Shown one piece after another: positions 34,842 through 44,715 of a stretch of 64,000 nucleotides of DNA (position 1 is the stretch's first letter; each line of letters starts with the position of its first letter). The translations under genes were made by a program, and so were the position numbers. The notes beneath the pieces were generated by a model. The model was not told where the DNA came from and searched no databases. It saw only the letters and a list, made by a program, of their open reading frames with translations. The DNA is from Trueperaceae bacterium (GTDB lineage Bacteria; Deinococcota; Deinococci; Deinococcales; Trueperaceae), in NCBI GenBank assembly GCA_040905465.1, contig JBBDRK010000036.1:59375-123374 (forward strand), written 5' to 3'.

Positions 34842-37574
34842 ATGATCAATGAGCTGAGGCGCAGATACCTCGAGTTCTTCGAGCAGAAAGACCATCTCGT
34901 CCATCCGAGCGCTTCGCTCCGGAGCGAAGACCCGTCGCTGCTCTTCACCAGCGCCGGGATGGTCCAGTTCAAGCCCTACTTCCTGGGCGCCACCCCCAAG
35001 TTCGCCGGCGTCGAGGGGGTCTGGCACCGGGTGACGACCGCCCAGAAGTGCTTGCGCATCAACGACATCGAGAACGTGGGGCGGACCTTGCGCCACCACT
35101 CTTTCTTCGAGATGATGGGCAACTTCTCGTTCGGCGACTACTTCAAGAAGGAAGCGGCCCAGTGGGCGTGGGAGTTCCTTACCTCCGACGAATGGATGGG
35201 TCTCGACCCGGAGCGGTTGTACGTCACCGTCTATCTCGACGACGACCAGGCCTTCGACGTATGGACGAAAAACGTAGGTGTGCCGGCCTCACGGGTCTCC
35301 CGCTGGGGCGAGGACGAGAACTTCTGGCCGGCCAACGCGGTCACGGCCGGCCCCAACGGCCCGTGCGGGCCGTGCTCGGAGATCTTCTACGACCGCGGTC
35401 CCGAATACGGCAGCAGCGACGAGACCGGCCCCAACACCGGTTCCGGCGACCGCTACATCGAAATCTGGAACCTGGTGTTCACCCAGTTCAACCGCCAGGA
35501 CGGCGGCGTGCTCGAGCCGCTGCCCCAGCAGAACATCGACACCGGGCTGGGACTCGAGCGACTAGCAGCGGTGATGACCGACGCCGAGGACGCCTACGGG
35601 ACGGAGCTGTTCGGACCTACCATCCGCCGAGTGGCCGAGCTCTCGGGCAAGCCCTATGAGGGCGTGCCGAGCACTTCGCACCGGGTCATAGCCGACCATT
35701 TGCGGGCGGTCGCCTTCTGCATAGCCGACGGAATAATGCCTGCCAACGACGGCGCCGGCTACGTGGTGAAGATGCTGCTGCGGCGGGCCTCTCGGCACGC
35801 CTGGCTGCTCGGTCTGCGCGAACCGGTACTGTGGCGCCTGATCGAGCAGGTAGTCGAGGCAATGGGCGAGGCGTACCCGGAGCTCGCCGGGGGCGCGGAG
35901 AGACTCCAGGGAATCGTCCGCGCCGAGGAAGAGCAGTTCCTGCGAACGCTCGAATCCGGGATCCAACGCGTGAACCAGTTGCTCGATGACCTGGGAGCGT
36001 CCTCGCGGACCGAAACGGCCTCCGGCGAAGCGGTCATGAGCGGGGAGGTCGCCTTCGATCTATGGCAGACCTACGGCTTTCCGCTCGATCTGACCCGCGA
36101 CATGGCGGCGGAGCGCGGTTTGAGTGTCGACAGCGTGGGTTACGAAGAGGCTCAGGAGCGCGCCCGCGAAGTATCGCGCGGGGTCCGCGAGGCGCAGGCG
36201 CTCTTCGGTGCTGCCAGCGACACGCTCGGCAGCGTGGCGCGCGAAAGCGGCGAGACCCGATTCACGGGCTACGACTCGCGCGAGGGCGAAGCCCGGGTAG
36301 TGGCACTGGCCGGCGACGACGGACTGACGGACTCGGCCGCGGAAGGGAGCGAGGTCGAGGTGGTCGTCGACGCCAGCCCCTTCTATCCCGAAGGCGGTGG
36401 GCAGATAGGCGATTCCGGCAAGTTCGAATGGCCGGGCGGGGCGGCTCTGGTAGCCAATACTACGCGCTCGAGCCACGGGCTTCTGCTGCACCGCGCAAAG
36501 GTGGTGCGCGGCCGGCTCGACGTCGGCCAGCGAGTTCGTGCGCTGGTCGACCCGTCGCGGCTCGAGACGCAGAAGCACCACACCGCCACCCACCTGCTGC
36601 ACGCGGCGCTGCGCTCGGTACTGGGTACCCACGTGGCCCAGGCCGGTTCGCTGGTGACTCCCGACCGGCTCCGCTTCGACTTCTCGCATCCTCAGGCGTT
36701 GAGCGTCCAGGAGACCGAGCGGATCGAACGACTGGTCAACCGCTGGATCCAGGCGGACCTGCAAGTCGGTTGGCGGACCGTACCCATCGAAACGGCGCGT
36801 GAGCGTGGGGCGATGATGCTGTTCGGCGAAAAGTACGGCAAGGACGTACGGATGGTGACCGTGGGTAGCGGTGAAAGCGGGGGTGGCGGCGCTGACAGCA
36901 GCGACCGCGGCGATGGCACGGCGGACATATCGGTGGAACTGTGCGGCGGCACCCACACGGACCGTACCGGCCAGATCGGCTCTCTGGTACTGACCGCCGA
37001 AGAGGCGGTGTCGGCCGGCGTGCGGCGGGTAGAGGCCAGGGTCGGCATGGCGGCCGTCGAGTACCTGCGCGAGTTGCGTGGCACGGTGTACGACCTGTCC
37101 CGCGATCTCGGCGCGTCCCCTGGCGAGCTCACCGCCCGGGTCGCCCGGCTGCAGGCGGACCTGAAATCGGCCCAGCGGGAGAGCGCCAGGTTACGCGACC
37201 GGCTGGCGGCGGCGCAGACTTCCGCGGGAGAGCGGCAGGAGGTGCGCGAGGCGGGCGGCTTCCGCTACCTGTCCGCGCAGTTCAGCGGTCTCGACGCGTC
37301 GTCGCTGAGGACGGCGGCCGACAACCTGCTGCGCAGTTCGGGAGCCGAGATCGTTGTCGTCGGCAGCGACGGCCTGCTGGTGGTCAAGGCATCGGAGCAG
37401 GCACGACAGCGAGGCGCCCACGCCGGGAACCTGGTTCGCGAGCTGGCCCAGCGGGTCGGAGGCAACGGCGGCGGGCGGCCCGACATGGCGCAGGCCGGCC
37501 TGAAGGAGCCCGAGCGGCTGGCCGAAGCACTCTCCGCGTTGTCATCGGTTCTCACCGCGGCAACGGCAGGCTGA
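34842..37574 (+). CDS. alaS: Alanine--tRNA ligase
   Basis: LLFTSAGMVQFK, HHSFFEMMGNFSFGDYFK, GPCGPCSEI, EIWNLVF, IDTGLGLER, HHTATHLLH, ELCGGTH, GGGRPDMAQAG. Confidence 0.98.
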   Translation: MINELRRRYLEFFEQKDHLVHPSASLRSEDPSLLFTSAGMVQFKPYFLGATPKFAGVEGVWHRVTTAQKCLRINDIENVGRTLRHHSFFEMMGNFSFGDYFKKEAAQWAWEFLTSDEWMGLDPERLYVTVYLDDDQAFDVWTKNVGVPASRVSRWGEDENFWPANAVTAGPNGPCGPCSEIFYDRGPEYGSSDETGPNTGSGDRYIEIWNLVFTQFNRQDGGVLEPLPQQNIDTGLGLERLAAVMTDAEDAYGTELFGPTIRRVAELSGKPYEGVPSTSHRVIADHLRAVAFCIADGIMPANDGAGYVVKMLLRRASRHAWLLGLREPVLWRLIEQVVEAMGEAYPELAGGAERLQGIVRAEEEQFLRTLESGIQRVNQLLDDLGASSRTETASGEAVMSGEVAFDLWQTYGFPLDLTRDMAAERGLSVDSVGYEEAQERAREVSRGVREAQALFGAASDTLGSVARESGETRFTGYDSREGEARVVALAGDDGLTDSAAEGSEVEVVVDASPFYPEGGGQIGDSGKFEWPGGAALVANTTRSSHGLLLHRAKVVRGRLDVGQRVRALVDPSRLETQKHHTATHLLHAALRSVLGTHVAQAGSLVTPDRLRFDFSHPQALSVQETERIERLVNRWIQADLQVGWRTVPIETARERGAMMLFGEKYGKDVRMVTVGSGESGGGGADSSDRGDGTADISVELCGGTHTDRTGQIGSLVLTAEEAVSAGVRRVEARVGMAAVEYLRELRGTVYDLSRDLGASPGELTARVARLQADLKSAQRESARLRDRLAAAQTSAGERQEVREAGGFRYLSAQFSGLDASSLRTAADNLLRSSGAEIVVVGSDGLLVVKASEQARQRGAHAGNLVRELAQRVGGNGGGRPDMAQAGLKEPERLAEALSALSSVLTAATAG

Positions 37575-37613
37575 CGCCGTGGCCAGGGGCGGCCAGAGGC
37601 ATAGAAGTCGGTA

Positions 37614-38102
37614 ATGGCTGAGATCGTGATCGCCCTCGACGTGGGCGAAGCCCGCATCGGACTGGCGCGTGGCGAGCTGGGCTCCCCGTTCGCCTTCGGA
37701 CGCGGCTACCTTGAGCGCACGGGCGACGTCGACGCCGATGTCGGGGCCGTTGCCGAGGTCGTCCTCCGCGAGGGCGCGGAACGCCTGGTGGTGGGCCTGC
37801 CCCGTCGGACCGACGGACGCGACTCCAGGCAGACCCAGCGAGTCCGCGAGTTCATCGCCTCCCTGAAACAGGCCGGACAGAAAGTCGACGTGGAAGACGA
37901 GCGCTTCACCACCCGCCTGGCCACCAGCCAGATACTGGGCAGCGGGCGCAGCCGAAGCAGCCGCCGTGAAAAGGGGCGGGTCGATGAAGCCTCCGCCGTT
38001 CTGATCCTTGAGACCTATCTGACGAGGTTGGCTCGAGGCGCTGCTGACAACGAAAGTGACAACGAGAATGGCAGCGAGAATGGCAGCGAGAATGAATCCT
38101 AA
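37614..38102 (+). CDS. ruvX: RuvX/YqgF (pre-16S rRNA nuclease / resolvase-like)
   Basis: IALDVGEARIGLA, LVVGLP, DERFTT, VDEASAVLILETYL; conserved alaS-ruvX-mltG order. Confidence 0.93.
   Translation: MAEIVIALDVGEARIGLARGELGSPFAFGRGYLERTGDVDADVGAVAEVVLREGAERLVVGLPRRTDGRDSRQTQRVREFIASLKQAGQKVDVEDERFTTRLATSQILGSGRSRSSRREKGRVDEASAVLILETYLTRLARGAADNESDNENGSENGSENES
38046..38093 (+). repeat. Four 12-bp tandem units in the ruvX tail (DNES DNEN GSEN GSEN)
   Basis: gacaacgaaagt gacaacgagaat ggcagcgagaat ggcagcgagaat. Confidence 0.8.
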
Positions 38103-38105
38103 AGG

Positions 38106-39254
38106 ATGAAAGAGCACGACAAGGAATGGGCGCCGCAAGACGGCGAAGAGGCCCGCCGGCACCGGCAGACCGAACCCGACGCAGACGCCGTCGCCGGCCC
38201 AGCGGGCTCTCCCGCCCGCAGCCGTAGCAGGCACGCATGGCGAGCGCTGTTGGCCGTCATGTTGCTGGCTGCCAGTGGATTTGGCCTGCTGGTGGCCTGG
38301 GGCCTGACTCCGACCAGCCAGACGCCCGAACTCGTGGAGTTCGAGGTGCTACCGGGATGGGGCGCGAGCACCGTTTCGCGCGAGCTGGAGAGTCGGGGGC
38401 TGGTGCGCAACTGGCAGATCTTCAGCGCTTACCTGCGCATTCGAGGGCTGGACCGGTCGGTGGGAGAAGGCATCTACGACCTCGACCGCTCGTGGACCGC
38501 TCCCGAGCTGGCTGCCACTCTCGTGCGCGGTGGCCGCCCACGGACGGCGGAGGTGGTGTTTCCCGAGGGAATCCGCGGGCGCGACCTCGCCCAGCGCCTC
38601 GCCGCCTCCGGCCTTGCCGAGGCCGAGTCGTATATGGAGCTGATCGACGAACCCGGCGACCTGCGTCCGCCGTACCTCCCTCCGGACGCTACCCTCGAGG
38701 GTTATCTGTTCCCCGCCTCGTATGAGATCCCTCTTTCCGACAAGCCGGAACAGACGCTGGGCCGCCTGCTGAACCGCTTCGATGCGGAACTGACCGAAAC
38801 GGTGAACGAGGGGCTGGACGAGCTCGACCTGAGCGTGCACGAGTGGGTCACTCTCGCCTCGATGATTCAGGCGGAAGCCGGCAGCGACCAGGAGATGCCG
38901 TTGATCGCCGGTGTCTTCCTCAACCGGATGGAGATCGGAATGGCGCTGCAGTCCGATCCCACAGTGGCCTACGGCCTCGGCAAACGCTTGCCGGAACTCG
39001 ACGCCTCGGCCGGAGACCTTCGCACCGACCACCCCTGGAACACCTACACGAGGCCGGGACTGCCGCGAGGACCGATAAGCAATCCGGGCCGTGCAGCCCT
39101 GTTGGCACCCTTTACCGCCGTCCGGAATAATGAGCAGGGCCAGGAGTACCTCTACTTTCTGCACGGGACCGATGCCGGCACGCCCGTCTTCCGGCTGAAC
39201 ACCGGCCTGGACGGACACAATCAGGACGTCGTGCGCTACTTGCGGAGCCAGTGA
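38106..39254 (+). CDS. mltG: Endolytic transglycosylase MltG
   Basis: One TM helix, FPEG, LEGYLFPASY, LASMIQAEAG, LQSDPTVAY, PWNTY..PGLPRGPISNPG, YLYF. Confidence 0.95.
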   Translation: MKEHDKEWAPQDGEEARRHRQTEPDADAVAGPAGSPARSRSRHAWRALLAVMLLAASGFGLLVAWGLTPTSQTPELVEFEVLPGWGASTVSRELESRGLVRNWQIFSAYLRIRGLDRSVGEGIYDLDRSWTAPELAATLVRGGRPRTAEVVFPEGIRGRDLAQRLAASGLAEAESYMELIDEPGDLRPPYLPPDATLEGYLFPASYEIPLSDKPEQTLGRLLNRFDAELTETVNEGLDELDLSVHEWVTLASMIQAEAGSDQEMPLIAGVFLNRMEIGMALQSDPTVAYGLGKRLPELDASAGDLRTDHPWNTYTRPGLPRGPISNPGRAALLAPFTAVRNNEQGQEYLYFLHGTDAGTPVFRLNTGLDGHNQDVVRYLRSQ

Positions 39255-39370
39255 CCGCTGCCGCCCTGGCGGCCGCCCGTGACTTCGTCGCCGGCCCGAC
39301 CGCAGTGGCCGGCCAGTAGCCGAATAGAAAGCGATGCGCGCCGAGAAGCGCTGTCGGCGCTGTACGCGCG

Positions 39371-39399
39371 TTGACGCTCCCTACCCGAAAAGCTACGAT
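39371..39399 (+). promoter_or_regulatory. Sigma-70-type promoter for the TRAP permeases
   Basis: TTGACG 39371-39376, 17 nt spacer, TACGAT 39394-39399. Confidence 0.65.
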
Positions 39400-39446
39400 G
39401 CTTGAGGCAGCAGACAGCCTTTCAGTACCTCGGAGGGAGTGAGTCC

Positions 39447-40016
39447 TTGAAGTTCTTCCTGGCGGTATCTCACGGTATCGACGCCGTTACGACCGTTGTC
39501 GGGAAGGTGGCCTGGTGGACGACCCTGGTCATGGTCCTTATCGGCGTGCTGAACGTCGTGACCCGGTACGCCGGTCGAGCACTCGGTATCTCGCTGGGAG
39601 GAACTCTCTACATAGTCCTCCAGACCTACGCTTACGACTTCATATTCCTGATGGGCGCGGCTTACGTCTTTCGCAAGGACGCGCACGTTCGTGTCGACAT
39701 CATCTTCTCCAACCTGAGTCAGCGCGCCAAGGCGATAATCGACGTCCTCGGGGTGCTCCTGTTCCTGTTGCCGTTCTCCTTCATGGGCCTCTACTTCGGC
39801 CAGCGCTACGTGGCCACCTCCTGGCGCGCGGGCGAGATCAACCTCAACGCCGGCGGCATTCCGGTGTTCCCGGCCAAGACGCTGATCCTGATCGCGTTCG
39901 GGCTGTTGGTCGTCCAGGCGGCCAGCGAGCTGATCAAGAACATCGCCTTCCTGAGCGGCCATGCCGAGTCCGGCAGTGTGCACGAATCGGTGACGTCGCA
40001 AACGGAAGCGATCTGA
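39447..40016 (+). CDS. dctQ: TRAP transporter small permease
   Basis: VVTRY, GAAY, HVRVDI, four TM helices; TTG start after GGAGGGAG. Confidence 0.9.
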   Translation: MKFFLAVSHGIDAVTTVVGKVAWWTTLVMVLIGVLNVVTRYAGRALGISLGGTLYIVLQTYAYDFIFLMGAAYVFRKDAHVRVDIIFSNLSQRAKAIIDVLGVLLFLLPFSFMGLYFGQRYVATSWRAGEINLNAGGIPVFPAKTLILIAFGLLVVQAASELIKNIAFLSGHAESGSVHESVTSQTEAI

Positions 40017-40017
40017 G

Positions 40018-41379
40018 ATGGAGTACATCTCGCTGTGGATGTTCCTGGCGGCGGTGGCGCTGCTGCTGATCGGGTTTCCTGTCGCCTTCACGCTCGGTGG
40101 AACCGCCGTGCTGTTCACGCTCATAGGCAGCGACCTGCTCGGGTTCCTGCCCTGGGAGCCGGTTTTCAGGATGGCCCGGCTCAACATCCTGCCGCAGCGG
40201 ATGTACGGCACGATAATGGAGAACTACACACTCGTGGCCGTGCCGTTTTTCGTGTTCATGGGAGTGATGCTGGAGAAGTCGGGACTGGCCGAGGAGCTCC
40301 TGGAGACGATGGGGATCCTGTTCGGCCGCCTGCGCGGCGGACTGGCGATCTCGGTCGTTGTGGTCGGCGCACTGCTGGCCGCCTCGACCGGCGTGGTGGG
40401 CGCGTCGGTCGTGACGATGGGCGTGCTGGCGCTGCCGGTGATGCTCAAATACCGCTACGACAGGTCGCTCGCGTCGGGGGTGGTCGCCTCGTCCGGCACC
40501 CTGGGACAGATAATTCCGCCCAGCATAGTTCTGGTGATACTGGGCGACCAGATAGGCGTTTCGGTCGGGCAGCTCTTTCTCGGAGCGCTCGTCCCGGGGC
40601 TCGTCCTGGCGGGCCTGTTCGTGCTGTGGGTGATCTTCGTGGCGATCACCCGCCCGGCCAGCGCCCCGGCACTGCCGCCCGAGGCACGCCAGTACAGCGC
40701 TCGCGCCCTGACGGTACGCGTGCTGCTCAATCTCATTCCTCCGCTGTTCCTGATCCTGGTAGTCCTCGGCTCGATCTTCTTCGGTATCGCCACGCCCACC
40801 GAAGCTGGCGCCATGGGCGCAATCGGCGCGATGCTGCTGGCGGCGGTGAACCGCAAACTGAGCCTGAAGAACCTGAACGACACCATGGATCAGACGGTAA
40901 AGCTGACCAGCATGGTCTTCATCATCCTGGTCGGTGCGACCGCCTTCTCGATGGTGTTCACGGCGCTGCACGGCGACCGGGTGGTCGAGAACTTCCTGCT
41001 CAACCTGCCCGGCGGCCAGTGGGGTTTCCTGTTCTTCACGATGCTGGTGCTTTTCGTCCTCGGCTTCTTCATCGACTTCATCGAGATAACCTTCATCGTG
41101 GTCCCGTTCATCGCTCCCATCGCACTTCGCTTCTTCGGTCCGGAAATGATGACCTGGTTCGGGGTGATCATCGCCATGAACCTGCAGTCTTCGTTCCTCA
41201 CGCCTCCTTTCGGTTTCGCCCTGTTCTATCTCAAAGGGGTAGCGCCGCCGGAGGTCCGCACCACCGACATCTACCGCGGGATAGTGCCGTTCATCGCGCT
41301 ACAGCTGCTGGCGCTCTTCCTGATCATCGTGTTCCCGAACCTGGTGACCTGGCTGCCCTCGGTGTCGTTCGCCAGGTAG
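40018..41379 (+). CDS. dctM: TRAP transporter large permease
   Basis: GFPVAFTLGG, AVPFFVFMG, SGTLGQIIPPS, ATPTEA, FLTPPFG. Confidence 0.95.
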   Translation: MEYISLWMFLAAVALLLIGFPVAFTLGGTAVLFTLIGSDLLGFLPWEPVFRMARLNILPQRMYGTIMENYTLVAVPFFVFMGVMLEKSGLAEELLETMGILFGRLRGGLAISVVVVGALLAASTGVVGASVVTMGVLALPVMLKYRYDRSLASGVVASSGTLGQIIPPSIVLVILGDQIGVSVGQLFLGALVPGLVLAGLFVLWVIFVAITRPASAPALPPEARQYSARALTVRVLLNLIPPLFLILVVLGSIFFGIATPTEAGAMGAIGAMLLAAVNRKLSLKNLNDTMDQTVKLTSMVFIILVGATAFSMVFTALHGDRVVENFLLNLPGGQWGFLFFTMLVLFVLGFFIDFIEITFIVVPFIAPIALRFFGPEMMTWFGVIIAMNLQSSFLTPPFGFALFYLKGVAPPEVRTTDIYRGIVPFIALQLLALFLIIVFPNLVTWLPSVSFAR

Positions 41380-41424
41380 CTATGCCCGGCGGCGGCTGCC
41401 GCCGGCACCACACTCCAACACGAA

Positions 41425-41450
41425 GGGAGCCGCCCAAACGGGCGGCTCCT
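41425..41450. terminator. Hairpin between convergent dctM and dctP (probably bidirectional)
   Basis: GGAGCCGCCC-AAAC-GGGCGGCTCC. Confidence 0.7.
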
Positions 41451-41484
41451 CGGTTCCTGCCGGGCTCGTCGGCTCAGGCAGGTC

Positions 41485-42567
41485 TTACTGTTCGCGGTAG
41501 ATGTAGCTGTTGTAGGCGTGGTCTCCGGTACGGTGCCACTCCCGCACACTCGCCTGAAACGCCTGGTAGCTCTCCAGCGTGCGCCGGTAGAGCTCGTTGC
41601 CGCTGGCGTTCTGCTCGTGGATCTCGTTGGTGGCACTCTCCAGCGTCGAGAGGATGTCGTTCGACATCGTACGCACCTCGGTGCCGCCGGCGATCAACCT
41701 CTGCAGGGCCGGCTCGTTGCGGGCGTTGTACTTCGCCAGCATCCGCTGGTTCGCTTCTGCCGATGCAGCGCGGATGGCACTCTGGATGTCGGCGGGAAGC
41801 CCGTCGTAGAGCGACTTGTCGATGTACGCCGAGAGCGAGGCACCGGGCTCTGCCCAGCTCGGAAAGTAGTAGTAGCGGGCGGCGTTCTGCAGGCCCAGGA
41901 TCTCGTCGTCGTACGGTCCAACCCAGTCCGCGGCGTCGATCACACCGGTATCCAGGGCGAGGAAGATCTCGCCGCCCGGAAGGTTCTGGACATTGGCGCC
42001 GACGCGGCTCAGGACCTGGCCGCCGAAGCCCGGGAAGCGGATGGTCAGGCCCCGAAGGTCGGCCGGAGTGTTGATCTCCTTGTTGTACCAACCGCTGGTC
42101 TGTGGGCCGGTGTTGCCTGCCACGAACGTCTGCACGTTGTCCGGGTGGGTCAACTCGTCGGCCAGTTGCTGGCCGTCGCCCGAGATCATCCAGGCATCGA
42201 ACTGCTGCGCGGTCATGCCGAACGGCACGGCAGTAAAGAACGCGTGCATCGGGTCCTTGTTGATGAAGTAGTACGGTGCGGCGTGCGCCATCTGGAAGGC
42301 GCCGCTCGACACGGCGTCATAGACTTCGAAGGCTCCCACCTGGGCGCCGGCCGGGAAGACCTCCACCTGGACGTCCCCATCGGTCAACTCGCCTATCAGG
42401 GCGGCGGTGTCCACGGCCCCGCCGTAGATGGTGTCGAGGGCGGTCGGCCAGGAGGTGACCATTCCCCACTGGTAGGTGCTTCTCTGGGCGCTGGCGAACA
42501 TCAGCGGCGATAACGATGCACTCGCCGTCACCACACCGGCCTTCTTGAGGAAATCACGACGCTTCAT
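41485..42567 (-). CDS. dctP: TRAP substrate-binding protein, TakP-like (2-oxo/monocarboxylate), Tat-exported
   Basis: MKRRDFLKK Tat motif, VTSWP, AVPFG, GNTG, IRFPG, GEIFLAL, DAADWVGPYDD, WAEP. Confidence 0.92.
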   Translation of the reverse strand: MKRRDFLKKAGVVTASASLSPLMFASAQRSTYQWGMVTSWPTALDTIYGGAVDTAALIGELTDGDVQVEVFPAGAQVGAFEVYDAVSSGAFQMAHAAPYYFINKDPMHAFFTAVPFGMTAQQFDAWMISGDGQQLADELTHPDNVQTFVAGNTGPQTSGWYNKEINTPADLRGLTIRFPGFGGQVLSRVGANVQNLPGGEIFLALDTGVIDAADWVGPYDDEILGLQNAARYYYFPSWAEPGASLSAYIDKSLYDGLPADIQSAIRAASAEANQRMLAKYNARNEPALQRLIAGGTEVRTMSNDILSTLESATNEIHEQNASGNELYRRTLESYQAFQASVREWHRTGDHAYNSYIYREQ

Positions 42568-42751
42568 GCGTACCTCCAGTAGTGGATTTTCAGGTCGAAA
42601 CCGTCCCGATTATATACGTACGTGCCTCTTCGCCCGCAAGGAACGGCGTCGGGAGGGACACAAGCGGCGCGACAGGCGAACCGCTGCCGGGCGGGGCGAA
42701 CCGCTGCTCTCGCCGTCGGGCTCGCTTTTGCCGCTCCGGGTCGCGCTCCGC

Positions 42752-44446
42752 TCAGTAGCGCCCCAGTCGAACGAGAAACTCGGCGCCGCTGGCGGCAGTG
42801 TTCACCACGTCGGCCGCAGTCAGTCCAGCCTTGCGCGCCATCGTGACCCCGTAGCGAAGATCGTCGAAACCGTCGCCGCTGTGGGCGTCCGGGTCTATGG
42901 AAAAGGTGCAACCGAGCTCCTTGGCGCGAATCACCCAGCGCCAGTCGAGGTCCAGGCGGCGCGGGTTGGCGTTGATCTCTATTACCGTGCCCGTTTCGGC
43001 GCAGGCGGCTATCACCCGCTCCAGGTCCACGTCGTACCCTGGTCGCCGCAGCAGCAGCCGGCCGGTAGCGTGACCGAGAATGTTCACGTGCGGATTGGCC
43101 ACCGCCCGGACGATACGCTCGGTCTGCTCATCGCGCGTCAGGCCGAAGTTCTGGTGGACGCTCGCCACGACGTAGTCGAGCCGCGACAGCACCTCATCCG
43201 GGTAGTCGAGCGTGCCGTCGCCGCGAATGTCCACTTCGATGCCGTGGAGGAGCTCGAACGCCGACCCCTCGCTCGCCAGCTCGGCGCGGAGCGACAGTAC
43301 CTCGCCGCTCTGTGCCTTGACCCGTTCCTCCGACAGCCCGTTGGCGACCGCCGAGCTCTGCGAGTGGTCGGCCATCGCCAGATAGGCGAAGCCGAACCGG
43401 CGGGCCATGTCCAGCATCTCGCGCAGCGAGAGGGCGCCGTCGGACCAGGTCGAGTGGTTGTGCACCAAGCCCCGCACCTCGCCGAGCTCCAGCAGCTCCG
43501 GAACCGGATCCGGTCTTCTCGTTTCGCGCAGTTCGGGTGGCGCCGCCGGGAGCCCGAGCCAGACCAGGAAATCCGCCTCCTCCTCGAAGTCCAGTGACTC
43601 CAACGCCGCTCGATCGTGCAGGTCGACGCCCTCAAACTCGGCACGTAGGGCGATCTCGGCGGCGAACTCTTCGCTTCCGGTGCGCAATGCCAGGACGGCG
43701 CCGAAAGCGCCCGGTGCCGTCGGCCGAAAGCCGATCCGGCGTCCCATCAGCGTCCCGAGCACCGCGCCGTCCGGCGACTCCGCATCTACTGCGTCGAGCA
43801 GGCGCGCCGCGAGATCGGCGAGTTCGGCAGCGTCTATGCCGGTAAGCACCAGCTCGATTCCGGCGACCGTCTCCAGTCCCCGGCGGTGCTCGCCCGCCAC
43901 CGCTGCCCTGGCGGCGGGGAATTCGCTTATGACCGCCGCGAGTATCGCCTCGGCGAGCCGATCGGCTTCGTCGAGGCGCATCCGCGCGCGCGACTCGATC
44001 GCGAAGCGGGCCGATTCGAGAATCTTGGCGGCACTCTTGGCACCGAAGCCGGGCATGGCGGCCAGCCTTCCGCTCTCGGCCGCTTCCAGCAGCCCGTCGA
44101 CGCCGGCGACACCGCTGCGCCAGAGGTTCCCGATTCTCTTGGCGCCGAGGCCCGACACTGCGAACATCTCCTTTACCTCGTCCGGCACTCGTGAGCGCAG
44201 GTCGGCAAGCGTGGGCAGGACACCGCTCTCGAACATCACCTGCAGCTCGGCGGCGGTCCCCGCACCCACGCCACGCACTTCGGTGAAGCGTCCTTCCCGG
44301 TGCAGGGCAGTGACGTCGCCGCCGTACGACTCGAACGCTCGAGCCGCTGTCTGGAACGCACGGGCCCTGAACGGGTCCTCGCCGAGAACGTCCAGGAGCC
44401 GGGCGGCTTCGCCAAGCTGGGCCGCTACATCCTTCCTCGTGAACAC
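42752..44446 (-). CDS. polX: DNA polymerase X-PHP fusion with a non-canonical polymerase site
   Basis: GEDPFRARAF, HhH motifs (GLGAKR, GFGAKS), PHP motifs HNHSTWSDG, ADHS, GIEVDI, ASVH, GHATGR, EINANP, PDAH; TACACT 6 nt before GTG 44446. Confidence 0.9.
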   Translation of the reverse strand: MFTRKDVAAQLGEAARLLDVLGEDPFRARAFQTAARAFESYGGDVTALHREGRFTEVRGVGAGTAAELQVMFESGVLPTLADLRSRVPDEVKEMFAVSGLGAKRIGNLWRSGVAGVDGLLEAAESGRLAAMPGFGAKSAAKILESARFAIESRARMRLDEADRLAEAILAAVISEFPAARAAVAGEHRRGLETVAGIELVLTGIDAAELADLAARLLDAVDAESPDGAVLGTLMGRRIGFRPTAPGAFGAVLALRTGSEEFAAEIALRAEFEGVDLHDRAALESLDFEEEADFLVWLGLPAAPPELRETRRPDPVPELLELGEVRGLVHNHSTWSDGALSLREMLDMARRFGFAYLAMADHSQSSAVANGLSEERVKAQSGEVLSLRAELASEGSAFELLHGIEVDIRGDGTLDYPDEVLSRLDYVVASVHQNFGLTRDEQTERIVRAVANPHVNILGHATGRLLLRRPGYDVDLERVIAACAETGTVIEINANPRRLDLDWRWVIRAKELGCTFSIDPDAHSGDGFDDLRYGVTMARKAGLTAADVVNTAASGAEFLVRLGRY

Positions 44447-44715
44447 GTATCGAGTGTACCCATCGGCGCCGAGCGTTAGCCTGTTTCCGGCGCCCGAGGA
44501 TGAGCCGACGGTGAAGGTCCGGCCCGTCGTCAACATGCCGGCCACGTGTTAAATTCGTCACAGGGAGACAAGCGCGGCTCGTACAGACGGCCGAGGCCAG
44601 GGAACGAGTACCGGAAGGCGAGCCTCCGCTCCGATGCGGTCCGGCAGCCCGAGGCACAAGTACCTGAAGCCGTGGCGCTGGCTGGGTGCGCGACCCGACC
44701 ACGAAGGAGGAAATC

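Noticed and set aside
44545-44575. Pho box upstream of phnD
   Set aside because: The GTTAAA/GTCACA/GAGACA half-sites lack a convincing 11-nt periodicity.
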